From an uncultured Candidatus Rokubacteria bacterium (GTDB lineage: Bacteria; Methylomirabilota; Methylomirabilia; Rokubacteriales; CSP1-6), in the NCBI GenBank assembly GCA_963762145.1, contig CAVXJS010000019.1:288001-352000 (forward strand): a stretch of 64,000 bases of DNA, given 5' to 3'. Position numbers and translations under genes: made by a program. Below, in pieces: positions 19,058 to 30,080 of this stretch; within the stretch, counting starts at the first letter, position 1; each line of letters starts with the position of its first letter. The notes under the pieces are model-generated. The model was not told where the DNA came from. It did not search any database and worked only from the letters and a program-made list of their open reading frames with translations.

Positions 19058-20412
19058 GTGAAGTCGCGCATCCTGGTGGTGGACGACGAATCGGTGATCG
19101 CCGAGAACCTTCGTCTGACCCTCGAACGCGAGGGTTATGACGTGGAGACGGCCGGGAACACCGTCGGCGCCATGCTCCGGATGGAGACCCGGGAGTTCGC
19201 CCTGGGTGTCGTGGACCTGATCCTCCCGGACGGCGACGGCCTCCATCTGTTGCGCCTGCTGAAGGCCAAGGATCCCTCGATCGAAGTCATCATCATGACC
19301 GGGCACGGATCCATCTCGAAGGCGGTCGAGGCCACGAAGCAGGGCGCCTTCTACTTCGTCGCCAAGCCCTTCGACGCCGACGAGATGCTGATGCTCGTGG
19401 GCAAGGCTCTGGAGCGCCGCCGTCTGCTCGCCGAGACGTCGGACCTCCGGCGCAAGCTCGCGGAGCAGGCCGCCTACGGCGAGATGCTCGGATCCTCCCC
19501 GCGATCAAGCGAGTGTTCGAGATGCTGGAGTCGGTCGCGTCCTCGGACGCCAACGTGCTCATCGTCGGCGAGAGCGGGACCGGCAAGGAGCTGGCCGCGA
19601 ACGCGGTGCACGCGAAGAGCACGCGGGTCGATGGGCCGATGGTGAAGATCAACTGCGCGGCGCTGCCGAAGGATCTGATCGAGTCGGAGCTCTTCGGCCA
19701 CGTGAAGGGCGCGTTCACGGGAGCGTCCACCGACAAGTCGGGCTTGCTGGAGGAGGCGCACCGCGGCTCGCTCCTGCTCGACGAGATCACCGAGATGCCG
19801 CTCGACCTGCAGGCCAAGCTGCTCCGGGTGCTGGAGGACCGCACGGTCCGCCGGCTCGGCGGGGCCAAGACCGTGCCGGTGGACTTCCGGCTGATCTGCT
19901 CCACCAACCGGGAGCCGGAGGTGGCGCTGCGCGAAGGACGTCTGAGGCAGGATCTCTACTTCCGCATCAACACGGTGACCGTGGCGTTGCCGTCCCTGCG
20001 CGATCGGACCGGCGACATTCCCCTCCTGGCCAAGTCGTTTCTCGAGCGCTTCCGGGCCAAGCACGGGCGCGAGGTCGAGACCATCGACCCGGAGGCCTAC
20101 CGGCGCCTGCTGTCCTATGGTTGGCCGGGCAATATCCGCGAGCTCGAGCACGCGATCGAGCGGGCGGTCCTGGTGGCCCGCGGGCGGGAGATCAGCCTGG
20201 CGGACCTGCCCGAGCCGCTGCAGGTCGATCCGTCGCCGGGCGGCTCGGCCCCTCCGCCCGGCTCGCTGGAGGAGATCGAGCGTGTCTCCATCGTGCGGGC
20301 GCTCGAGTCCACCGGCTGGAACAAGCAGGCCGCGGCTCAGGTCCTGGGGCTCAGGCGCCCGACCTTGTACTCGAAGATGCGCCGGCACGGGATCCCCCAG
20401 CGCCGCGCCTGA
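19058..20412 (+). CDS. sigma54-dependent response regulator (REC-AAA+-HTH), one frameshift near 19500
   Basis: ILVVDDE receiver; [35 protein letters not shown]; [24 protein letters not shown]. Confidence 0.93.
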
Positions 20413-20512
20413 CGTTCGCCCGAAGACACGCTGTTCGGTTCGATCGTCAACCCCCTGCCGCTCCGTCCCAGGCTCGCCCAGTCAACTAGCTGAAAGATCA
20501 GGCGTCCAGTTT

Positions 20513-20527
20513 TGGCAATGCTCTTGC
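20513..20527 (+). promoter_or_regulatory. sigma54 -24/-12 promoter
   Basis: TGGCAATGCTCTTGC (GG-N10-GC). Confidence 0.7.
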
Positions 20528-20555
20528 GTGCCCTCGGGCGCACGGAGGTAGCGCC

Positions 20556-20966
20556 GTGCCCCGCATATTGCTTGTCGACGACGATCCCGCCTGGCGGAAT
20601 CTCTATCGAATGACGCTCGAGAACCAGTTCGACCTCTTCGAGGCAACCGATGGGTACCAGGCCCTGTCCGTACTGGGCGCGGTGCGGCCCGACGTGATCG
20701 TCCTGGACCTCCGGATGCCCCGGATGGACGGGATGGACTTCATCCGGCGCCTGAGCCGTCGCAGCCCGCGACCCAAGGTCATCGTCTGCTCCGGGATGTT
20801 CACCGAGGTGGAGCGGCCCCAGATCCCAGGGGTGTGCCTGGCTACCAAGACGGCCGACCTGAAGGAGCTCTGGGCGGCCCTCCGGAGCACGATTCCCGGC
20901 GCGGCCGAGATTGCCGCGCCCGCCAAGCAGGCCGTGCCCGTCGAAGACGCCGTCTGGCGCGACTGA
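20556..20966 (+). CDS. Single-domain response regulator
   Basis: ILLVDDD, PDVIVLDLRMPRMDG. Confidence 0.85.
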   Translation: MPRILLVDDDPAWRNLYRMTLENQFDLFEATDGYQALSVLGAVRPDVIVLDLRMPRMDGMDFIRRLSRRSPRPKVIVCSGMFTEVERPQIPGVCLATKTADLKELWAALRSTIPGAAEIAAPAKQAVPVEDAVWRD

Positions 20967-20987
20967 GGACGGGACCCCCCGTTCGGC

Positions 20988-21487
<500 letters not shown>

Positions 21488-21510
21488 TGCGCCTTCAAGG
21501 AGGACACGCG

Positions 21511-22987
21511 GTGACGGCACGGATACGTTCGATTCTGGTCCTGTTGTGCGTCCTTGCTCTGACGCTCGCCCCGGCTGGCCTCGCCCTGGCCCAGACCCCC
21601 GCGCCGGCCCCCACGGCCCCGGCGTCCGGCGCGCCCGCGGCTCCCGCAGCCCCCGCGCCGCCCAAGATCGACAGCGGCGACACCGCCTGGGTCCTGGTGT
21701 CGAGCGCGCTGGTGCTGCTGATGACCGCGCCGGGCCTGGCCCTGTTCTACGGGGGCATGGTGCGGCAGAAGAACGCGCTGGGCACGCTGATGCAGAGCTT
21801 CATCATCCTCGCCCTGATCTCGGTGCAGTGGGTGCTCTGGGGCTACTCGCTCTGCCTTCGGCCCCGACAAGGGCGGCATCATCGGCGGGCTCGAGTGGGT
21901 CGGGCTCAGGGGCGTCGGGCCGGAGCCCAACGCGGACTACGCGGCGACCATCCCGCACACCGCCTTCATGCTGTTCCAGATGATGTTCGCGGTCATCACG
22001 CCGGCGCTGATCACGGGCGCCTTCGCCGAGCGGAAGAAGTTCTCGACCTTCCTCGTGTTCATCCTGCTCTGGGCCACCTTCGTCTACGACCCGCTGGCGC
22101 ACTGGGTCTGGGGCATCGGCGGGTGGCTGAAGAACCTGGGCGCGCTGGACTTCGCGGGCGGCACCGTCGTGCACATCTCGTCCGGCATCTCGGCCCTCGC
22201 CGCCGCGCTCGTGATCGGCAAGCGCAGGGGTTACGGCCACCAGCCCATGCCCCCGCACAACCTGCCGTTCACCGTGATGGGCGCGGCCTTGCTGTGGTTC
22301 GGCTGGTTCGGCTTCAACGCGGGCAGCGCGCTGGCCGCCAACGGCCTCGCCGCGCATGCGTTCATGACCACCAACACCGCGGCCGCCGCGGCCGCGCTCG
22401 GGTGGATGTTCACGGAGTGGATGTCGCGTGGCAAGCCGACCGTGCTCGGCGCGGCGTCCGGGGCGGTGGCCGGCCTCGTCGCCATCACCCCGGCGGCTGG
22501 GTTCGTGACCCCGATGGCCTCGATCGTCATCGGAGCGGTGGCGGGCTTCATCTGCTACAGCGCCTGCAACCTGAAGTCGAAGCTCGGCTACGACGACTCG
22601 CTCGACGTGGTGGGCGTGCACGGGGTCGGCGGCACGTGGGGGGCGCTCGCCACCGGAGTCTTCGCCACGAAGCTCGTCAACGACGCGGGTGGCGACGGGC
22701 TGCTCTACGGCAACCCGAAGCAGCTCTGGATCCAGTTCGTGGCCGTCGCGGTGACCTGGATCCTGGGCTTCGTGATGACGGTGGTCATCCTCAAGGTTCT
22801 CGACGCGGTCATGGGTCTGCGGGTCAGCCAGGAAGACGAGATGGCCGGCCTGGACCTGTCGCAGCACTCGGAGACGGCGTACATGCTCGGCGGCTCGGCC
22901 TCGTACGGCGAGTACTCGATGGGGGGAAGCGCATCCGCCTTCGAGGGCATGAAGCCGGCCGAGGCCAAGGCCCGTCCGAGTCACTAG
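21511..22987 (+). CDS. amtB: Ammonium transporter (one frameshift near 21850)
   Basis: [51 protein letters not shown]. Confidence 0.95.
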
Positions 22988-23037
22988 GAGAGGCGGGGCC
23001 CGCTTGACGGGTCCCGGGCAAAACACTTATGGTTGGT

Positions 23038-23078
23038 GGCCGGTGGAGCCACGGAGGCTCCGCCGGCCCGCGGTTTTT
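23038..23078 (+). terminator. Terminator/attenuator-like hairpin in the amtB-glnA gap
   Basis: GGCCGGTGGAGCC-ACGGA-GGCTCCGCCGGCC followed after 5 nt by TTTTT. Confidence 0.55.
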
Positions 23079-23113
23079 CCCACCCAGCACTGAGGCCACA
23101 AGGAGGCAGGCGA

Positions 23114-24538
23114 ATGACCCCGAAGGACGTGTTGAAGATGGCGAAGGAGAAGGGCGTCAAGATCATCGATCTGCGGTTCATCGACATGCCCGGCCTCTGG
23201 CAGCATTTCTCCATCCCGGTATCCGAGCTGAGAGAGGACATCTTCGAGGACGGCCTGGGCTTCGACGGCTCCTCGATCCGCGGGTTCCAGACCATCGACG
23301 AGTCGGACATGCTGCTCATCCCCGACCCCTCGACGGCCCAGATGGACCCGTTCACCGCGGTGCCGACGCTGGTCCTGATCTGCAACGTCAAGGACCCGAT
23401 CACCGGCAAGGCCTACAGCCGTGACCCCCGCTACGTGGCCCAGAAGGCGGAGGCGTTCGTGAAGAAGAGCGGGGTGGGGGACACCATCTTCATCGGCCCC
23501 GAGCTCGAGTTCTTCTTCTTCGACTCGATCCGCTTCGACCAGAGCTACAACTACGGCTTCTACTTCATCGACTCGGAAGCGGGCGCGTGGAACACCGGCC
23601 GGGAGGGGACGCCCGACCGCCCGAACCTCGGCTACATCCCGCGCTACAAGCAGGGGTACTTCCCGGTCCCGCCGATGGACAAGTTCCAGGACATCCGGTC
23701 CGACATGGTGCTGGCGCTCGAGTCGGTCGGGGTGCGCGTCGAGGTCCACCATCACGAGGTGGCGAGCGGCGGGCAGACCGAGATCGACATGCGCTTCGAC
23801 ACGCTCACGAAGATGGCCGACAAGGTGTGCTGGTACAAGTACTGCGCGAAGCAGACTGCCAAAAAGTGGGGCAAAACAGCTACGTTCATGCCCAAGCCCC
23901 TCTTCCAGGACAACGGCTCCGGCATGCACACGCACCAGTCCATCTGGAAGAACGGCAAGAACCTCTTCTACGAGCGGGGCGGGTACGCCGACATCTCGAA
24001 GATGTGCCTCTACTACATCGGGGGCATCCTGAAGCACGCCCCCGCGCTGCTCGCGTTCATCGCGCCCTCGACCAACAGCTACAAGCGGCTGGTGCCGGGC
24101 TACGAGGCGCCGATCAACCTGGTGTACAGCCAGCGCAATCGCTCCGCCGCGATCCGGATCCCGATGTACTCGAAGGCCGAGGGCGCGAAGCGGATCGAGT
24201 TCCGGACGCCGGACCCGACCTGCAACCCGTACCTCTCGTTCGCGGCGTGCGTGATGGCGGGCCTCGACGGCATCGCCAACAAGATCGATCCCGGCAAGCC
24301 GGTGGACAAGGACCTCTACGAGCTGCCCGCCGCGGAGCAGAAGAAGATCAAGCAGCTTCCCGGAGCCCTCGACATCGTGCTGGACAACCTCGAGAAGGAT
24401 CACGACTTCCTGCTCAAGGGCGACGTGTTCACGCCGGACCTGATCGAGACCTGGATCGACTACAAGCGGAAGAACGAGGTGGACCCCGTCCGGCTGCGCC
24501 CGCACCCGTACGAGTTCGCCCTCTACTACGACATCTAG
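23114..24538 (+). CDS. glnA: Glutamine synthetase type I
   Basis: [53 protein letters not shown] adenylylation loop. Confidence 0.97.
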   Translation: MTPKDVLKMAKEKGVKIIDLRFIDMPGLWQHFSIPVSELREDIFEDGLGFDGSSIRGFQTIDESDMLLIPDPSTAQMDPFTAVPTLVLICNVKDPITGKAYSRDPRYVAQKAEAFVKKSGVGDTIFIGPELEFFFFDSIRFDQSYNYGFYFIDSEAGAWNTGREGTPDRPNLGYIPRYKQGYFPVPPMDKFQDIRSDMVLALESVGVRVEVHHHEVASGGQTEIDMRFDTLTKMADKVCWYKYCAKQTAKKWGKTATFMPKPLFQDNGSGMHTHQSIWKNGKNLFYERGGYADISKMCLYYIGGILKHAPALLAFIAPSTNSYKRLVPGYEAPINLVYSQRNRSAAIRIPMYSKAEGAKRIEFRTPDPTCNPYLSFAACVMAGLDGIANKIDPGKPVDKDLYELPAAEQKKIKQLPGALDIVLDNLEKDHDFLLKGDVFTPDLIETWIDYKRKNEVDPVRLRPHPYEFALYYDI

Positions 24539-24625
24539 TCACTGCGCGCTCGGCTTGGCCGGCCCCGGTTCGGCGCACCCGCCGGATCGGGGCCGGTTCC
24601 CTTCTCCGGTGACGCATCCCTCGCC

Positions 24626-24741
24626 TGACCGCCCCGTGGGCAGTGTGCCCGCCCGCTGGGCAGCCGCACGCCGACGGCGCGCTCGCGGCGTGGGGCAATC
24701 GCGGCCGTCGGGCGGCCCATTCGCCTGGCACTGAACTCGCA
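24626..24741 (+). promoter_or_regulatory. Porin promoter: two enhancer boxes and a sigma54 promoter
   Basis: TGACCGCCCCGTGGGCA (24626), TGCCCGCCCGCTGGGCA (24646); TGGCACTGAACTCGCA (24726). Confidence 0.7.
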
Positions 24742-24816
24742 TCCGCTCGGACCACCCGGGACCCCGAGACGCGGGCTTCCAGTGCGACGCCTACTTTCTC
24801 CAAGGAGGTTGTCCCG

Positions 24817-26082
24817 ATGCGAATGACGCGAAGGTGGCTGGCCGCGGCCCTGATTGCGGTGCTCGGCAGCGCCGCGACCGTATGGGCCCAGACGCCGGCT
24901 CCGGCGGCCGAGGAGAAGAAGGAGGAGGAGAAGCCGAAGACGTTCTGGGAAGAGCACAAGCTGTTCGCGTACATCGAGAACAGCTTCACGGTCAACCTGA
25001 CCGGGGCGGGGCGCGGGGGGGTCAACGAGTTTCGGTTCTACGACAACACCGAGGGCTACACGTTCAACGCGGCGGAGTTCAGCATCAAGAAGGATCCCTC
25101 CGAGCGGTATCCCTTCGGCTACGGGGTGGCCATCACGGCGGGGATCGACTCGCAGAAGAACCACTCGTACGGCATTTTCCGGGGGGTGACCGACCAGTTC
25201 GCGTTCCGGAACACCGAGAAGTTCGATCTGCTGGAGGCCTACGGGTCGTACATGATCCCGGTCGGGAACGGGCTCACCCTCAAGGCGGGCAAGTTCGTGA
25301 CGCTGCTGGGCTACGAGGTGATCGAGTCGCCCAACAATCTGAACTTCTCGCGGGGCTACCTGTTCACCCTCGCGATCCCGCTGACCACGACCGGGGCCCT
25401 GTTGTCGTATCAGTTCACCGACTGGTTCAGCGCGACCGCGGGGGTGATCCTGGGCTGGGACGACTCGCAGAACGTGAACGACCCGATGAGCTACACGGGG
25501 CAGTTCGCCTTCACCCCGATGAAGGACCTCACCGCGAACCTGAACTGGATCGTGGGACCGGAGCAGGTGGATCCGCGCCGGTTCGGCAACGTCCCGCGGG
25601 ACCAGCGCACCTACGTGAACAGCCACCTGCGGTACGTGCTGGACTTCGTCTTCCAGTACACCGGGTTCAAGAACCTGACCCTGGCGCTGAACGTGGACTA
25701 CGGGCACGAGCAGGCCGACCCCTTCCTGCGGTCGCTCAACACCCGTCAGAACAACGACTCGACGTGGTGGGGCTGGGCGGTCTACGGCGCATACGATTGG
25801 ACCGAGAAGTTCCGGACGGCGGTCCGGCAGGAGTTCTTCCGGGACGCGCAGGGGGGGCGCACCGGACTCGGGGAGGCGACGGGCCTCTGGTCGACCACCG
25901 CGACGCTGCAGTACAAGATCTGGCGGGGGCTGTCGGGGCGGCTCGAGTATCGGCACGATCAGGCCGACGACAAGGTGTTCCGGGTGCGCTACTCGCGGCC
26001 CGACATCACGTCGCAGGGGCTGCTCGCGCGCGGCCAGAGCATGGACACGTTCTCGATCAGCCTCATCTACTCGTTCTTCTAG
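24817..26082 (+). CDS. Outer-membrane beta-barrel porin (BBP2/DUF1597-like)
   Basis: Signal peptide; GKFVTLLGYEVIES..NLNFSRGYLF motif; amphipathic strands; C-terminal YSFF. Confidence 0.85.
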   Translation: MRMTRRWLAAALIAVLGSAATVWAQTPAPAAEEKKEEEKPKTFWEEHKLFAYIENSFTVNLTGAGRGGVNEFRFYDNTEGYTFNAAEFSIKKDPSERYPFGYGVAITAGIDSQKNHSYGIFRGVTDQFAFRNTEKFDLLEAYGSYMIPVGNGLTLKAGKFVTLLGYEVIESPNNLNFSRGYLFTLAIPLTTTGALLSYQFTDWFSATAGVILGWDDSQNVNDPMSYTGQFAFTPMKDLTANLNWIVGPEQVDPRRFGNVPRDQRTYVNSHLRYVLDFVFQYTGFKNLTLALNVDYGHEQADPFLRSLNTRQNNDSTWWGWAVYGAYDWTEKFRTAVRQEFFRDAQGGRTGLGEATGLWSTTATLQYKIWRGLSGRLEYRHDQADDKVFRVRYSRPDITSQGLLARGQSMDTFSISLIYSFF

Positions 26083-26104
26083 CCGCCTCGCTCCGGCTCG
26101 CGGC

Positions 26105-26210
26105 TGCTCAGGCGATAGGCGACTTGATCGCCGCCTGAGCAGCCGGCCCCGGGGCGGCGTCGTCCAACCCCTCGGTTTCCCTCGACCCCGTCAGTGGCAC
26201 CTCGCTTGCT
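26105..26210 (+). promoter_or_regulatory. ANTAR-gene promoter: enhancer-like boxes inside a 14-bp inverted repeat, plus sigma54 promoter
   Basis: TGCTCAGGCGATAGGCG (26105), TGATCGCCGCCTGAGCA (26125); TGGCACCTCGCTTGCT (26195). Confidence 0.7.
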
Positions 26211-26223
26211 AGTTCACGCACGC

Positions 26224-26823
26224 ATGAAACCACACTGGCGAGTGCTCATCATCGACGATCACGCTCCGTCCCGAGCCGCGGTGGCGGAAGCGGTCACGGC
26301 TCAGGGCGGGCAGGTGGTAGGGAACGGTAGTCGGGCCGAGGACGTCCTGCGCCTCGTGGACAAGCATCGACCCGACGTCACGGTGCTCGCGGTCGGGCTT
26401 CCCGACGGCGACGGAGTTCAGGCCGCGCGCGAGGTCATGACGGTGTCGCCGTGTCCGGTGGTGCTGGTGACGAGCCACACCGATGCCCCGGTGGTCGCGC
26501 GGGCGGTGGACGCGGGGGTGCTCGGCTTCCTGGCCAAGCCGGTCCGCGCCGAGGAGCTCGGGCCCACGCTCGACGTGGCGGTGCATCGCTTCCGCGAGAT
26601 CGAGGCCATGCGGAAGGAGAACGAGCAGCTCAAGCGCAAGCTCGAGTCGCGCAAGCTGGTGGAGCGCGCCAAGGGCATCCTCATGACCCGGCTCGGCCTC
26701 AGCGAGCCGGAGGCGTTCCGGCGGATCCAGAAGACCGCCATGGATACGCGCAAGCCGATGGCGGAGGTGGCTCAGGCGCTCCTCCTCACCGAGGAAATGG
26801 GCCACGCCCGGGCGAAGCTGTAG
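26224..26823 (+). CDS. ANTAR-domain RNA-binding regulator with pseudo-receiver (AmiR/NasT-like)
   Basis: LESRKLVERAKGILM..SEPEAFRRIQKTAMD ANTAR domain; PDVTVLAVGLP has Ala at the phospho-Asp position. Confidence 0.9.
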   Translation: MKPHWRVLIIDDHAPSRAAVAEAVTAQGGQVVGNGSRAEDVLRLVDKHRPDVTVLAVGLPDGDGVQAAREVMTVSPCPVVLVTSHTDAPVVARAVDAGVLGFLAKPVRAEELGPTLDVAVHRFREIEAMRKENEQLKRKLESRKLVERAKGILMTRLGLSEPEAFRRIQKTAMDTRKPMAEVAQALLLTEEMGHARAKL

Positions 26824-26830
26824 ACACATC

Positions 26831-26955
26831 TGCCGAAAACACGGGCACACCAAGAGGACTGCCTACCGAGTGGGCAGTCCTTTTGAGTTACGGAGGCCGC
26901 GCTTCGGCGCAACCCGTGGATATATCTCGGTATCGGTGGGGGCACGCGGATTGCT
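26831..26955 (+). promoter_or_regulatory. urt/ure promoter: two enhancer boxes, IHF-like site, sigma54 promoter
   Basis: TGCCGAAAACACGGGCA (26831), TGCCTACCGAGTGGGCA (26860); reverse TATCCACGGGTTG (26910-26922); GGGCACGCGGATTGCT (26940). Confidence 0.8.
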
Positions 26956-27076
26956 CAATGACCGGACGGCGCACCGAGACAGTGGGGTCGGAGAGCACGC
27001 GCCGGGAGAGTCCTAACTGACTGTGACCCAATGACGGGTCCGACCATTTCACCGATCGGAGCGAAAGGAGACCCGT

Positions 27077-28378
27077 ATGGCGACAGTTTCTCGGAGGGAC
27101 TTTCTCAAGACCGCCGGCGCGCTGGGAGCCGGCGCGGCGGCGGGCATCGGCTTCCCGGCCGTCCTGCGCGCGCAGGGCGGAGGGACGGTCAAGGTCGGCG
27201 TGCTGCACTCGCTGTCCGGCACCATGGCCATCAGCGAGGTATCGCTCCGGGACGTCTGCATAATGGCGTTCGAGGAGATCAACGCCAAGGGCGGGGTCAT
27301 GGGCAAGAAGATCGAGCCGGTGATCGTGGACCCCGCCTCGAACTGGGATCTGTTCGCGGAGAAGGCCAAGCAGCTCCTCCTCCAGGACAAGGTCGCGGTG
27401 ACCTTCGGCTGCTGGACCTCGGTCAGCCGCAAGTCGGTTCTGCCCGTGTTCGAGAACAACAACGGCCTGCTCTTCTATCCCGTCCAGTACGAGGGCGAGG
27501 AGTGCTCGAAGAACGTCTTCTACACCGGCGCCACCCCGAACCAGCAGCTCATCCCGGCTGCGGAGTACCTGATGTCGAAGGAGGGCGGCGGCTACAAGAA
27601 GTTCTACCTGCTGGGCACCGACTACGTCTTCCCGCGGACGGCCAACAAGATCCTGCGCGCGTTCCTGCTCGCCAAGGGGGTCCCGGAGGACTCCATCGCG
27701 GAGGAGTACACGCCCGTTCAACCATCAGGACTACCAGACCATCGTCGGCAAGATCAAGCGCTTCTCCACCGGCGGCAGCTCGGCGGTGCTCTCCACCATC
27801 AACGGCGACTCGAACGTGCCCTTCTACAAGGAGTTCGCCAACCAGGGGCTGCGCTCCGAGCAGTGCCCGATCATGGCGTTCAGCGTGGCGGAGGACGAGC
27901 TGCGCGGCATGGACACCTCCGCGCTGGTCGGCCACCTCGCGGCCTGGAACTACTACCAGTCGGTGGACACGCCGCAGAACAAGAAGTTCGTGTCCAGGCC
28001 TTCAAGGCCTACGCGAAGAAGGCCAACCTGCCCGGCGGCGACAAGCGCGTCACCGACGATCCGATGGAGGCGGCCTACTTCGGCGTCTACATCTGGAAGC
28101 AGGCGGCCGAGAAGGCCAAGTCGTTCGAGGTGGACGCGGTCCGGAAGGCGGTCTACGGCCAGGAGTTCCTGGCTCCGGGCGGCAAGATCAAGATGGACGA
28201 GGCCAACCAGCACACCTACAAGCCGGTGCTGATCGGCGAGATCCTGAAGGACGGCCAGTTCAAGGTCGTCTCGCGCTCCAAGGGCCTGGTGAAGGCCGAC
28301 CCGTGGAGCCAGTACACGAGCCCCGACAAGGGCTGTGACTGGATCAAGCACCAGGGCACGTACCAGAAGAAGGCGTAA
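27077..28378 (+). CDS. urtA: Urea ABC transporter substrate-binding protein, Tat-exported (internal frameshifts)
   Basis: SRRDFLK Tat motif; KVGVLHSLSGTMAISE, GCWTSVSRK, FYPVQYEG, GTDYVFPR. Confidence 0.93.
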   Translation: MATVSRRDFLKTAGALGAGAAAGIGFPAVLRAQGGGTVKVGVLHSLSGTMAISEVSLRDVCIMAFEEINAKGGVMGKKIEPVIVDPASNWDLFAEKAKQLLLQDKVAVTFGCWTSVSRKSVLPVFENNNGLLFYPVQYEGEECSKNVFYTGATPNQQLIPAAEYLMSKEGGGYKKFYLLGTDYVFPRTANKILRAFLLAKGVPEDSIAEEYTPVQPSGLPDHRRQDQALLHRRQLGGALHHQRRLERALLQGVRQPGAALRAVPDHGVQRGGGRAARHGHLRAGRPPRGLELLPVGGHAAEQEVRVQAFKAYAKKANLPGGDKRVTDDPMEAAYFGVYIWKQAAEKAKSFEVDAVRKAVYGQEFLAPGGKIKMDEANQHTYKPVLIGEILKDGQFKVVSRSKGLVKADPWSQYTSPDKGCDWIKHQGTYQKKA

Positions 28379-28387
28379 GCCACGCTC

Positions 28388-30080
28388 GTGTGGAGATCGC
28401 TGCTCCTCGCGCTCGCGCTGCTGCCGGGGCTCGCCGCCCCGGCAGTGGCGCAGAGCGCGGGGCCCTCTCCCGAGATCGCCAGACACATCGCGGACGTGGC
28501 CTCGGCCGACTCGGCGGTCCAGGAGGCCGCCGCCGTCGCGCTGGGCAAGACGGGTGACCGCAAGATCCTGCCGCTGCTGGAGGCGCTGCGTGAGGGCAGC
28601 GTCTACGTGCGCTCCCTGCCCGGGGGCAAGAAGGAAACCGTCATCGTCGGCGACAAGGTCAGCGAGGGCGACAAGACCCTGGTCCCCCTCTTCGCCGCCT
28701 ACGGCCGCGAGCCGATCGCCGGCGCCGACGGCAAGCCCCTGCTGGCCGACCTGTCCACCCTCGGGGAGGTCGTCGACCGGGCGCAGCCTGCGCATCGCGA
28801 TCCGCCCGCTGATCGACGCGTTCTCGGGCCAGAACGACCTCGCCAACCCGGATCCGGCCGCCCGCCGCGCCGCCGCCACCAAGATGGCCTACACCGGCGA
28901 CGCGGCGACGCTGCAAGCTGCTCGAGGACGCCCTGCCCAAGGAGACCGATCGCTGGGTGCGCTTCGCGCTCGAGGAGGGCGCGGCCCTGATTCGGCCTGC
29001 GCACTCGGGGACCCGGCCGAGCGGGTGATCGCGGCCGAGACCCTCGGCGCGGCTGCGCAGCGCCAACGCGATCGGAGCCGCTCTACCAGATCGCGGGGGA
29101 TCCCCAGGCGCCCGCCCCGCTCGCGGCCGCGGCGCAGGTCGCGGTGAAGCGCATCGAGCGCTGGGGACTCTTCACCCAGGCCATCGAGATCGCCTTCCAG
29201 GGCCTGTCGCTCTCCTCGATCCTGCTGCTGATGGCCCTGGGCCTCGCGATCGTGTTCGGGCTCATGGGCGTCATCAACATGGCCCACGGCGAGCTGATGG
29301 CGCTCGGCGCCTACGCCACGTTCCTGATGCAGGGCTGGTTCGCGACGTACTTCCCGGGGGGCTTCGACTACTACTTCCTGGTCGCGCTGCCGTTCTCGTT
29401 CCTGGTGTCGGCAAGCGCGCGGGCTTCCTGCTCGAGCGCGGGGTGATCCGGTTTCTCTACGGACGGCCGCTCGAGACGCTGCTGCTGACCTGGGGCGTGA
29501 GCCTCATGATCCAGCAGGGCCTCCGCCTCTGGTTCGGCGCGGCCAACGTGGACGTGAGCTCGCCCCGCTGGCTGTCGGGCGGGATCCCGGTCATGATCGG
29601 CGTGCAGCTCCCCTACAACCGGCTCTTCATCATCGGCGCTCGCCGCGATCTGCGTCGGGGCGATGTACCTCCTGCTCTTCCGCACCGACGCGGGCCTGCG
29701 CATCCGCGCGGTGACCCAGAACCGCGGGATGGCCGCCTGCCTGGGCGTCCGGGCGCGGTGGGTGGATGCGGGCACATTCGCGCTCGGGCGCCGGGCTGGC
29801 CGGGCTGGCCGGCTGCGCCATCACCCAGATCGGCAACGTGGGCCCGGAGCTCGGCCAGAACTACATCGTGGACTCGTTCATGGTCGTGGTCACCGGCGGC
29901 GTCGGCAAGCTGGCCGGGAGCATCCTCGCCGCGATCGGCATCGGCGGGCTCAACAAGGTGATCGAACCAGGAATGGGCGCGGTGTTCGGGAAGGTGCTGA
30001 TCCTGGTCCTCGTGATCCTGTTCATCCAGCGGCGGCCGTCGGGGCTCTTCGCGACCAAGGGACGCTATGCGGAGTCTTGA
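28388..30080 (+). CDS. urtB: Urea ABC permease with HEAT-like periplasmic N-terminal domain (several frameshifts)
   Basis: [54 protein letters not shown]. Confidence 0.88.
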
